Assembly: GCA_020343435.1 (NCBI GenBank)
Contig: CP070794.1
Location: forward strand, 126,413 to 190,412
DNA: 64,000 nucleotides
Direction: 5' to 3'
Origin: an archaeon
GTDB lineage: Archaea > Nanobdellota > Nanobdellia > Pacearchaeales > UBA284
Part shown: positions 26,607-34,733 of the stretch, in pieces
How the letters are laid out: every line of letters starts with the position of its first letter
Position numbering within the stretch: position 1 is the first letter of the stretch
Translations under genes and position numbers: made by a program
The notes under the pieces: generated by a model
The model's input: the letters and a program-made list of their open reading frames with translations, nothing else
Databases searched by the model: none
What the model was told of the DNA's origin: nothing

Positions 26607-28082
26607 ATGGCTGAGGAGACTGAGAAAAAAGAAGTAAAAACTACTAAAAAAGTTAAGAGAAAGAGAATTAATTGGACAAAGTTAGGGATAGTTATTGTAA
26701 TTGTAGCTTTTATCTTAATATTCTTATGGCCAGGAGGAATTCTTTTATCTGAGCCAGGACAAGCTACAAGATATGTTAACACATCTTATGATGTTTTTGT
26801 TGGAGATCAAATAATAGATACAGGTTCTGGAAATATAAGAGAGGGGACATTATCTGGATCCATAGGATTTATTTCTGATAAATTAGATCAAGAAATAACA
26901 AATATGCAACCTGGTGAAGATAAGAATATTACCTTAACAGCAACAGAAGCTTTTGGAACTTGTGATTCCTCTAATAATTTTGAATATGATAGAAAACAAG
27001 AAATAGAAAGAGAGCAAGATATAAACAGAACAAGAAATGTAACATTAGCTATCTTTACACAAATGTTTGAAGAAGAACCAGAAGTTGGAGAAGTTTATGA
27101 AACTCCCTTAGCAGAATGGAAGTACAAGGTCTTAGAAATTTTTGATAATGAATTAACTCTAAGCATTGAAACTGAACTTGGAAAGGAGTTTCCAGCAGGT
27201 TATTATGGGGTCCTAAAAGTTAAAACAATAACTGATGATAAGATTACTCTAAGATTGGAAGGGGAAGATTCTATAGTTCCTAGTGAAGTAGGGAATATTG
27301 AAATTGAATTTAAAGAAGACGTTGTTGTTAGCACATTAACTCCAGAAATTGGAGCAGAAATTCAATTACCTAACTTACCTAAAGCAAGAGTAATAGAATT
27401 AACTGAAGACACTATAAAATTAACAACAAATCATCAGTACTGTGATCAGGAAGTTATAGTTTCAATTAAAGTTTTAGGAAGATCAACTCAGACCACCTCT
27501 ACAGGAGGACCCATACAACATATTGAAGGAGCTCCAACATTAGAATTCTATATCATGAGCTACTGTCCTTATGGATTACAAATGTTAAAGGGAGTGTTGC
27601 CAGTTTGGAAACAATTCCAAAGTCATGCAAATATAGAATTAAGATTTGTTAATTATATTTTACACGGTCAAGAAGAACAAGATGAAAATGCAAGAATGAC
27701 TTGTATAAGAGAAGAACAATCTGATAAATTAATAGATTACTTAACTTGTTTTGTTGAGAATGGAGATTATGAGAGATGCATGGTGCAAACAGGAGTTGAT
27801 TCAGCTGAAGTAGAATCTTGTATAGATGAAAGATATGATACTTACTTTGTAGAAGATAATGCTAGAAATGAACAATATGGAGTAAAGGGATCTCCAACAG
27901 TGGTATTAAATGGTGAAGTAATTGAATTATGGCCAAGAAGCCCATCAAATGTAGCTAAAGCAATATGTGATGCTTTTGATTCAAAACCAGATGTTTGTGA
28001 TTTAACATTTAGTGAAGAAAATCCAACAGCAGGGTTTGGGGGGAGTACTGGAGGATCTGGTGGTTCTGGTGGAAGCTGTTAA
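26607..28082 (+). CDS. Membrane-anchored extracytoplasmic thioredoxin-fold (DsbA-like) thiol:disulfide oxidoreductase with a Gly-rich C-terminal tail
   Basis: N-terminal TM anchor (WTKLGIVIVIVAFILIFLW). CxxC active site ..FYIMSYCPYGLQML.. followed by a DsbA-like helical insert (..LIDYLTCFVENGDYERC..). C-terminus GFGGSTGGSGGSGGSC. Confidence 0.55.
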   Translation: MAEETEKKEVKTTKKVKRKRINWTKLGIVIVIVAFILIFLWPGGILLSEPGQATRYVNTSYDVFVGDQIIDTGSGNIREGTLSGSIGFISDKLDQEITNMQPGEDKNITLTATEAFGTCDSSNNFEYDRKQEIEREQDINRTRNVTLAIFTQMFEEEPEVGEVYETPLAEWKYKVLEIFDNELTLSIETELGKEFPAGYYGVLKVKTITDDKITLRLEGEDSIVPSEVGNIEIEFKEDVVVSTLTPEIGAEIQLPNLPKARVIELTEDTIKLTTNHQYCDQEVIVSIKVLGRSTQTTSTGGPIQHIEGAPTLEFYIMSYCPYGLQMLKGVLPVWKQFQSHANIELRFVNYILHGQEEQDENARMTCIREEQSDKLIDYLTCFVENGDYERCMVQTGVDSAEVESCIDERYDTYFVEDNARNEQYGVKGSPTVVLNGEVIELWPRSPSNVAKAICDAFDSKPDVCDLTFSEENPTAGFGGSTGGSGGSGGSC

Positions 28083-28085
28083 TAT

Positions 28086-28535
28086 CTAACGATATTCTTT
28101 CTTTAGGATTGTTACTCCATTTTTCTCGTTAATAAAGGCTTCTTTATTAAACAGCTTTGAAAATTCTAAAAACTTTTCTATTAAACTATCACCAAATTCC
28201 TTTTTTTGTTCTTTGATAAATTCTATTTGTTTTTTCTCTTGAATTTTTAAGTTTTTATCACTTGTTTTTCTGAGAAATTCAAAGGTAAGCATGATAAAAA
28301 AACGTTTTTTAAAATGATCATATTTTTTTAAACCAGGAACTTTATTAGCTATTTTTAAAAGATAGTTTATAGCTTCTTCATCATAATTATAGATATCTTT
28401 ATCCACTCTCATAGATAGGACTACTTCTTTTCCCTCCTTAAGATTACCTTCTTTAACTACGCTAGAAGGAACCCTTATACATAAAGAGTTACCTTGTTTA
28501 ACCAATCTATTTGTAAAATCTATCTGAATTTTCAT
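28086..28535 (-). CDS. Hypothetical protein with an N-terminal AbrB/SpoVT-type swapped-hairpin DNA-binding domain
   Basis: ..LVKQGNSLCIRVPSSVVKEGNLKEGKEVVL.. fits the AbrB/MazE-like motif. The rest is Lys-rich and helical. Confidence 0.4.
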   Translation of the reverse strand: MKIQIDFTNRLVKQGNSLCIRVPSSVVKEGNLKEGKEVVLSMRVDKDIYNYDEEAINYLLKIANKVPGLKKYDHFKKRFFIMLTFEFLRKTSDKNLKIQEKKQIEFIKEQKKEFGDSLIEKFLEFSKLFNKEAFINEKNGVTILKKEYR

Positions 28536-28576
28536 TGTAATTACATGTAATTACTATTTAAAAAGCTTTCGATTAA

Positions 28577-29311
28577 TCACATTTGTTCTAATTTCTTAAT
28601 TCTATCTTTTATAGAAGGATGTGTAGATAATATATTTGGAGCAAATAACAAATGAGAAACTGCTCTATTAATTTCCAATTTCTTTTCTTTTCCCATTTCA
28701 TTTCCTATTTTTTTCAAAGCTCCAACTAATCCAGGAGGATATCTTGTAAATGAAACAGATCCAGCATCAGCCATGAACTCTCTCTTTCTTGAAATAGATA
28801 ATTGGACTAACATAACAATTATTGGAGCAAGAATAGCTAAAGCAATAGCAATTATCATTAAAATTGCTCCGCCCTCTCCAGAACTTCTCCTTCCTCCAGA
28901 AAACCATAAACTTCTTAAGAATATTTGTGAAAAAATAGCAATAGCTCCAACAACAATTGCAACTAAAGTCATAAATCTCATATCATAATTAGCTATGTGT
29001 GCCATCTCATGTCCTACAACTCCTTCTAATTCTTGTTTGCTTAATTTTTTTAAAGCTCCTTCAGTAACACATATAATTGCTCTATTTGGATCTCTTCCAG
29101 CTGTAAATGCATTTATTCTTGAGCCAGGCATAACATATGCTTTAGGTTTAGGCATTCCAGAAGCTATAGACATATTATCTATAGCATTAATGAATCCTCT
29201 GTGTCTAATTGGATCAGCAGGTTTAGCTTTTGCACTTGAGATAGCTATCTTCTCAGAATTATTATAAGTAGCTAAAACATAAATTATAGCTATGATAGTT
29301 GCTATAATCAT
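28577..29311 (-). CDS. htpX: HtpX-family zinc metalloprotease (peptidase M48); the annotated ATG start probably truncates the true N-terminus
   Basis: HEXXH motif VVGHEMAHIANYD, downstream Glu and TM helices. The upstream in-frame extension (29312-29458) encodes a further TM helix (..RSVVLLITVFVVIVVIGYFISF..) but contains no ATG/GTG/TTG. Confidence 0.8.
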   Translation of the reverse strand: MIIATIIAIIYVLATYNNSEKIAISSAKAKPADPIRHRGFINAIDNMSIASGMPKPKAYVMPGSRINAFTAGRDPNRAIICVTEGALKKLSKQELEGVVGHEMAHIANYDMRFMTLVAIVVGAIAIFSQIFLRSLWFSGGRRSSGEGGAILMIIAIALAILAPIIVMLVQLSISRKREFMADAGSVSFTRYPPGLVGALKKIGNEMGKEKKLEINRAVSHLLFAPNILSTHPSIKDRIKKLEQM

Positions 29312-29439
29312 TATAGTAAAGAATTGTCCTGGACCAAAAGCAAAACTAATAAAATAACCTATAACAACTATAACTACAAAAACTGTGATTAGTAAAACAA
29401 CTGATCTTGTTTTATTTCTAGAAATTTGATCTCTAAAAT

Positions 29440-30393
29440 CTATTTTTCCAATTTTGTTTTAATTTCCTCCAAGATTCTCTTAAATTTTTCTTGAGCATCT
29501 TTTTTAGATTCACGTGATGAAGATGCAACATAATCATGTCCACCGCCCCCATATCTTTTAAATATCTCTCCTAATTTTATTTTTCTCATTAAAGGCATTA
29601 CATTTTTCCAAGGATTTTGTGATGCCTTAACATAATATCTTCCCCTTTTTTTTGACTTAGCAATCCCTACAGCTAAACTACTCTCTGGAAAAAAATGAAA
29701 TGGGGCAAATCTGTACCATCTGATATTTGATGTATTGTAAATCACTATTCTTTTATCATGTTTTTTAATTACTTTTTTTAAGTTTCTAAGATCAGAATCT
29801 GCTTTTTTAAGATAATCTTTTATTTCTTTTTGGATTCTGGGTATTTTTGAGATTTCTTCAAAAGAAGAGCCATTAATTAATCTCTGCAGAATAACTGGAA
29901 TGTTTTTCCTATTTAAAATCAAGGCTAATTGTATCACAGGATTTTTTGGTTTTATAGTTTCTATGGGGGGAAGACCATATTTATAGTATAATGCCCCATC
30001 GATTAGTTTTGCCCATTTTTCAACTTCTCTTAAGTTTTTTAGATCTATTTTAATTTTCTTTTTCTTAGCAAAATTCAAAATTACTTCAAAACAACTTTGC
30101 TTAGAGGGATCATGATAAAATATTTTTGTTGTTTTGGATTTTTTCCCCTTAGGATTTGAATGATGATCAAAATAAATTTCTAAATCTGGTCTGTACTCTG
30201 AAAAATCAACAACACAAGCGGGTTTCTTAATTGGTACTCTTCCTTTTCTCCAAGCCCCCATATCGCACATGCCATAATGAACTTCCCCGGCGATCTCTGG
30301 GTGATATCCTATTTTTTTCAACACATGAAACATTAGATATGCTGATGCGATTCCATCAAAATCTCCATGATAATATAAATAAATCTTTTTCAT
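29440..30393 (-). CDS. DHH-family phosphoesterase (NrnA/RecJ-like catalytic core)
   Basis: Motifs YYHGDFDGIASA (DHH motif I-like), ..IYFDHHSNP.. (DHH motif) and ..GGGGHDYVASS.. (GGGH motif). Confidence 0.6.
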   Translation of the reverse strand: MKKIYLYYHGDFDGIASAYLMFHVLKKIGYHPEIAGEVHYGMCDMGAWRKGRVPIKKPACVVDFSEYRPDLEIYFDHHSNPKGKKSKTTKIFYHDPSKQSCFEVILNFAKKKKIKIDLKNLREVEKWAKLIDGALYYKYGLPPIETIKPKNPVIQLALILNRKNIPVILQRLINGSSFEEISKIPRIQKEIKDYLKKADSDLRNLKKVIKKHDKRIVIYNTSNIRWYRFAPFHFFPESSLAVGIAKSKKRGRYYVKASQNPWKNVMPLMRKIKLGEIFKRYGGGGHDYVASSSRESKKDAQEKFKRILEEIKTKLEK

Positions 30394-30416
30394 AATAATT
30401 AGAATTAAGGGAGGTA

Positions 30417-30983
30417 TTAAAACTTAACTTTAACTGGTTTTCTTTCAGCTTCTGGGATCTTCATAAATTCTTTTGCTTTCTTACTCAAAATTCCTGCAAA
30501 TAAACTACCAGGGAACATTTTGATAGAGTTCTCATAAGCTAAAATAGAATCATTATAAAATTGTCTAGCATAAGCAACTTTATCTTCAATAGCAGATAAT
30601 TCTTGTTGTAAGTGTAAAAAGTTTTCATTAGCTCTTAATTTAGGGTAGTTTTCAGCTATTGCAAAAATACTTTTTAGAGCATTTTGTAGCATATCTCCTG
30701 CTTTAATTCTTTTAGCCATATCTTTAGTATTATTTGCTGAGACTAATGCTTTCCTTGCTTCTGTAACTTCCCTAATCATTTTCTGCTCATGTTTCATATA
30801 ACCTTTAACAGACTCCATTAAATTAGGGACTAAATCAGCTCTCTTTTTCAACTGAACATCAATCTGGGCAAAAGAATTTCTAATTCTGTTATCTAAAACT
30901 ACAAACCGATTATTATATCCCCACAATAAAAGTAAGAAAATAACTACTATGATTATTATAACAATTAAAAACACCGGTATCAT
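30417..30983 (-). CDS. lemA: LemA family membrane protein
   Basis: N-terminal TM helix, then ..YNNRFVVLDNRIRNSFAQIDVQLKKRADLVPNLMESVKGYMKHEQ.. and ..ENYPKLRANENFLHLQQELSAIEDKVAYARQFYN.., the LemA signature. Confidence 0.85.
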   Translation of the reverse strand: MIPVFLIVIIIIVVIFLLLLWGYNNRFVVLDNRIRNSFAQIDVQLKKRADLVPNLMESVKGYMKHEQKMIREVTEARKALVSANNTKDMAKRIKAGDMLQNALKSIFAIAENYPKLRANENFLHLQQELSAIEDKVAYARQFYNDSILAYENSIKMFPGSLFAGILSKKAKEFMKIPEAERKPVKVKF

Positions 30984-31056
30984 GAAAATAAAAATAAGTT
31001 CTAGTATTTAAACCTTATTAAGAAAGTTATTTAAACTTATTTTCAGTTTTAATTCT

Positions 31057-33219
31057 ATGTCTAGAGAGGATCAAATAATAAAAGAGCGTTTAAGAAAAAT
31101 AGAAGAGTTAAGAAAACAAGGGATTAATCCTTATCCTTACAAATTTGATAAGAAAAACTACTGTGAAGAGCTACAAAAAAAGCACTCTAAACTAAAAAAA
31201 GAACAAGAAGCTAAAGGAACGGTAAAAATAGCTGGAAGAATCTTGGTTATAAGGAATATGGGAAAAATTTGTTTCGGTAAATTACAAGATAATACTGGAC
31301 AAATACAAGTTGTCTTACAAAATCAAAAAACTCCTGAAAAAGAAATTAAATTTTTCAAAAAATACATTGACTCTGGAGATATTTTAGGAGTAGAAGGTTC
31401 TATATTTAAGACAAAGAGAGGAGAATTATCTGTTTTAGCTAAAAAAATAACCCTCTTAACTAAATCTATAAAACCTTTACCTGAAAAATGGCATGGATTA
31501 CAAGATAAGGAAGAAAGATACAGAAAAAGGTATCTAGATTTAATTATGAATCCCAAAGTTAAGGAATTATTCTTAAATAGACAAAAGATTGTTAATGCTA
31601 TTAGAGAATTTATGGAGATTAAGGGATTTACAGAAGTAGAAACACCAATTTTACAATCAATTTATGGTGGGGCATCAGCAAATCCCTTTGAATCTAATCT
31701 AAATGCTTTAAATATGAAAGTCTACATGAGAATTTCTAATGAACTTTACTTGAAAAGATTAATAGTTGGCGGATTTGAAAAAATATTTGAATTTTCAAGA
31801 GACTTCAGAAACGAAGGTATTGATAGATTACATAATCCTGAATTCACACAAGTTGAAACCATGTGGGCTTATGCGGATTATGAAGATAACATGAAATTCT
31901 GTGAAGAAATGGTTAGTTTCATAACTAAAAAAATTCATGGAAAAACAAAGATAAAATTCCAAGATAAGGAAATTGATTTTAAAACACCATGGAAAAGAAT
32001 AAAATTCTTAGATGTTATTAAAAAACACACAAAAGCAGATTTCTCTAAAGTAAAAAAAGTAGATGAAGCTAAGAAGATAGCTAATAAATTAAACGTAGAC
32101 ATAACTAATTGTGAAAGTGTTGGTGAAATAATAATAAATGTTTTTGAAGAACTAGTGCAAGATAAAATAATACAACCAACAATTGTTTATGATTATCCTT
32201 ATGAAGCAGTAGGATTAGCAAAATCTGGAGAAAATAAGAAATTTGTAAAATCTTTTGAACCAATTGTCAATGGTTGGGAACTTGGATTATCTTACTGTGA
32301 ACAGAATGATCCTCAAGCATTAAAGGAATACTGGAAAGAGGCTGAAGAAAAATACAAAAGAGGAGATATCGAAGCACAACCAACAGATCCTGATTTCATC
32401 AATGCCTTAGAAATAGGAATGCCCCCAACATCTGGCATGGGAATGGGAATAGATAGATTAACTATGTTAATGACAGATCAAACTTCAATAAGAGATGTTT
32501 TATTTTTCCCATTTATGCGACCAGAAAAACCATTAAAAGTTCCTTCTCAAAAAGAAAAAAGAACAGATATGAAAAGAATAAAAGAAGTTTTTATTTCTCC
32601 TGAAGCTAGAAAAATTGGATTAAAAACAGGATATGCTATCATTTCTGGAGTTAAGATATATAAAAAAAATCCTGGACTTGAAAAATTAAAAAAATCATTA
32701 AAAGCTAAAAGAGATAAGAAAAAAATTGAATGCATGCAAAAAGCTTTCAGAGCTTTTGGAGTAGATCCTACTAAAAGAGCTCCAAGTGCAGAAGCTCTAA
32801 TCAAAAGAGTAGAATCTGGAAAAGACATCTATAACATCAATACGTTAGTTGATGCTTATAATTTATCTTCTGTAAAAGAAAATTTACCAATGGCAGCATA
32901 TGATTTAGAAAAAGTTGATTTCCCAATAACCTTAAAAGAAGCAAAAGGAGAGGAGATAACCTTCATTGGTGGAGAAAAAAAGAAAACTCAACCAGGAGAA
33001 ATAGTTTACGCAGATGAATTCGAAATATTATGTTTAGATTTTAATTATAGAGATTGTAATAAAACAAAGATAACTGAAAAAACAAAAGAAGTTATCATCT
33101 TTGTTGATGGTTGTGAAGGAATAAGCAATAAAGAAATTTTATCTGCATTGAATAATACTTGTGACTTAATAATCAAGTTCAATGGTGGAAAAGTTATGGA
33201 AAAAAAGGTTGTAGAATAA
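31057..33219 (+). CDS. lysS: Class II lysyl-tRNA synthetase fused to a C-terminal B3/B4 (PheT-like) tRNA-binding domain
   Basis: N-terminal OB-fold (..IAGRILVIRNMGKICFGKLQDNTGQIQVV..). Class II motifs (..FEFSRDFRNEG.., ..GMPPTSGMGMGIDRLTMLMTD..). Residues about 540-720 (..KAFRAFGVDPTKRAPSAEALIKRV..INTLVDAYNLSSVKENLPMAAYDLEKV..) resemble the B3/4 domain. Confidence 0.85.
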   Translation: MSREDQIIKERLRKIEELRKQGINPYPYKFDKKNYCEELQKKHSKLKKEQEAKGTVKIAGRILVIRNMGKICFGKLQDNTGQIQVVLQNQKTPEKEIKFFKKYIDSGDILGVEGSIFKTKRGELSVLAKKITLLTKSIKPLPEKWHGLQDKEERYRKRYLDLIMNPKVKELFLNRQKIVNAIREFMEIKGFTEVETPILQSIYGGASANPFESNLNALNMKVYMRISNELYLKRLIVGGFEKIFEFSRDFRNEGIDRLHNPEFTQVETMWAYADYEDNMKFCEEMVSFITKKIHGKTKIKFQDKEIDFKTPWKRIKFLDVIKKHTKADFSKVKKVDEAKKIANKLNVDITNCESVGEIIINVFEELVQDKIIQPTIVYDYPYEAVGLAKSGENKKFVKSFEPIVNGWELGLSYCEQNDPQALKEYWKEAEEKYKRGDIEAQPTDPDFINALEIGMPPTSGMGMGIDRLTMLMTDQTSIRDVLFFPFMRPEKPLKVPSQKEKRTDMKRIKEVFISPEARKIGLKTGYAIISGVKIYKKNPGLEKLKKSLKAKRDKKKIECMQKAFRAFGVDPTKRAPSAEALIKRVESGKDIYNINTLVDAYNLSSVKENLPMAAYDLEKVDFPITLKEAKGEEITFIGGEKKKTQPGEIVYADEFEILCLDFNYRDCNKTKITEKTKEVIIFVDGCEGISNKEILSALNNTCDLIIKFNGGKVMEKKVVE

Positions 33220-33286
33220 AAACCAATATATTTATAAACCAAAAATTCTTTTTATCGTCGTTATAATAAATATTTAAGGAGGTAAA

Positions 33287-33484
33287 ATGGTAGAAGGATA
33301 TTGCGTTGTATGCAAAGAAAAAGGCGTTAAAATAGACAATCCTGTCATCAGTCAGACAAAACGTGGAGGATTTATTGCTAAAGGAAAGTGCAGTAAATGT
33401 AAAAAAACAACTGTATGTGCTATGATATCTAAAGAAAACGCAGAAAAAGCAATAACTAACGGTGAAGCAAAAAAAGGATATTAA
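33287..33484 (+). CDS. Small zinc-ribbon protein (4 Cys: CxxC...CxxC)
   Basis: 65 aa, CVVCKEK...CSKCKK. Strong RBS aaggaggtaaaATG and an upstream AT-rich TATA-like tttataaa. Confidence 0.4.
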   Translation: MVEGYCVVCKEKGVKIDNPVISQTKRGGFIAKGKCSKCKKTTVCAMISKENAEKAITNGEAKKGY

Positions 33485-33486
33485 AG

Positions 33487-33651
33487 ATGGTTGAAATCAT
33501 CGTTAAAAGTAAATTAAAAGAAGTTGTAAAACTAAGGGTGGCTGCAAATCTAGCATCAGAACTTAACAAAAAAGTTGAAGAAATTCTAAAAAAAGCTGAA
33601 GAAAGAGCTAAAGCAAATAAAAGAACTACTGTTATGCCTCAAGACTTGTAA
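33487..33651 (+). CDS. Small DUF1931-like (histone-fold-like) protein, 54 aa
   Basis: MVEIIVKSKLKEVVKLRVAANLASELNKKVEEILKKAEERAKANKRTTVMPQDL; the ..AeeRAkaNkRtTVmpqDl ending is typical of DUF1931. Not in the ORF track (under 60 aa). It overlaps the hjc start (taATGg). Confidence 0.4.
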   Translation: MVEIIVKSKLKEVVKLRVAANLASELNKKVEEILKKAEERAKANKRTTVMPQDL

Positions 33652-34025
33652 TGGGAAATAAAAAAAGGGGCATTGCTGCTGAAAGAGAATTACTACATAA
33701 ACTTTGGGATAAAGGGTTTGCTTGTTGTCGTGTAGCTGGTTCAGGATCTATTCCAGAACCCTCTTGTGATCTTTTAGCAGGTAATGGGAAGAAAAAGTAT
33801 ATCATAGAGGTAAAGATATCTAAAAAAGAAAAAAAATATATTTCTGCAGATCAAATAAGAGAATTCACAAAATTTGCTGAAAAGTTTGGGTTACAACCAA
33901 TAGTTGCTGTTAAATTTATAAGACAAGGTTGGTTTTTTGTCAAGCCAGAAAAATTAAACAAAACAGAAAAAGGTCGTTCTATTTCTTTAGAACAAGCTAG
34001 AAGATTCAATCTAAAAATATTATAA
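33651..34025 (+). CDS. hjc: Holliday junction resolvase Hjc
   Basis: ..GIAAERELLHKLWDKGFACCRVAGSGS....CDLLAGNGKKKYIIEVKIS.. matches the Hjc catalytic core (E..D..EVK). Confidence 0.8.
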   Translation: MGNKKRGIAAERELLHKLWDKGFACCRVAGSGSIPEPSCDLLAGNGKKKYIIEVKISKKEKKYISADQIREFTKFAEKFGLQPIVAVKFIRQGWFFVKPEKLNKTEKGRSISLEQARRFNLKIL

Positions 34026-34619
34026 AATTTTGAGTTTTTTTAGATCTCTTATTAATTGAGTATTGTTTTTAAAAAGAATTATTCTCATGCCTAGCTTCCT
34101 TGCAGGAGGAAGGTTTTTTGGTGCATTATCTATAAAAAGAATTTCTTCTGGAGAGAGTTTTATCTTTTTAATAATTAATTTGTAGATTCTTGGGTCTGCT
34201 TTTTTCATCCCAACTTTATTAGAACGCATAACAAATTTAAAATGTTTATAGTAATTTCCCTTTTTCCTAGAAATATCTTTGGTTTTAGTTACATTTGTTA
34301 GGGCAGCAATTAAATACTTCTTTTTTAATTTTAAAAGTAATCTATCAACTTGTTTATTCTTCTTGAGGTATTTTATATTATCTTTAATCCAATCCTTGTA
34401 GAAATTATTGAAATCTTTAATACCCAATGACTTAGCGACAATTCGGGGGAATCCTCTTTTAGAGAGTTTACCTAATTTAGCTAAACGACCATAATGATTA
34501 TAAAATTTTTTGAAATCTTTATATTTAATCTTATATTTCCTACAAAAAGCATGATATCTTTTTTTAGACTGAGAATATAAAATTCCACCCACATCAAAAA
34601 CTATTGTTTTGATTACCAT
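34020..34619 (-). CDS. HAD-superfamily hydrolase
   Basis: Motif I VFDVGGIL (DxG) and C-terminal ..LFIDNAPKN.. (motif IV-like). 199 aa. Confidence 0.55.
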   Translation of the reverse strand: MVIKTIVFDVGGILYSQSKKRYHAFCRKYKIKYKDFKKFYNHYGRLAKLGKLSKRGFPRIVAKSLGIKDFNNFYKDWIKDNIKYLKKNKQVDRLLLKLKKKYLIAALTNVTKTKDISRKKGNYYKHFKFVMRSNKVGMKKADPRIYKLIIKKIKLSPEEILFIDNAPKNLPPARKLGMRIILFKNNTQLIRDLKKLKIL

Positions 34620-34627
34620 AATAAAAA

Positions 34628-34698
34628 TGGGGACGGAGAGAATCGAACTCCCATCAGCCGGTCTGGAGCCGGCAGTTCTACCTTTGAACTACATCCCC
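34628..34698 (-). tRNA. tRNA-Trp (CCA)
   Basis: Reverse complement GGGGATGTAGTTCAAAGGTAGAACTGCCGGCTCCAGACCGGCTGATGGGAGTTCGATTCTCTCCGTCCCCA. Anticodon loop CTCCAGA; cloverleaf pairs throughout. Confidence 0.85.
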
Positions 34699-34733
34699 TA
34701 AAAATTCTAAGTTAGAACTGTTTTAAAACCTTA

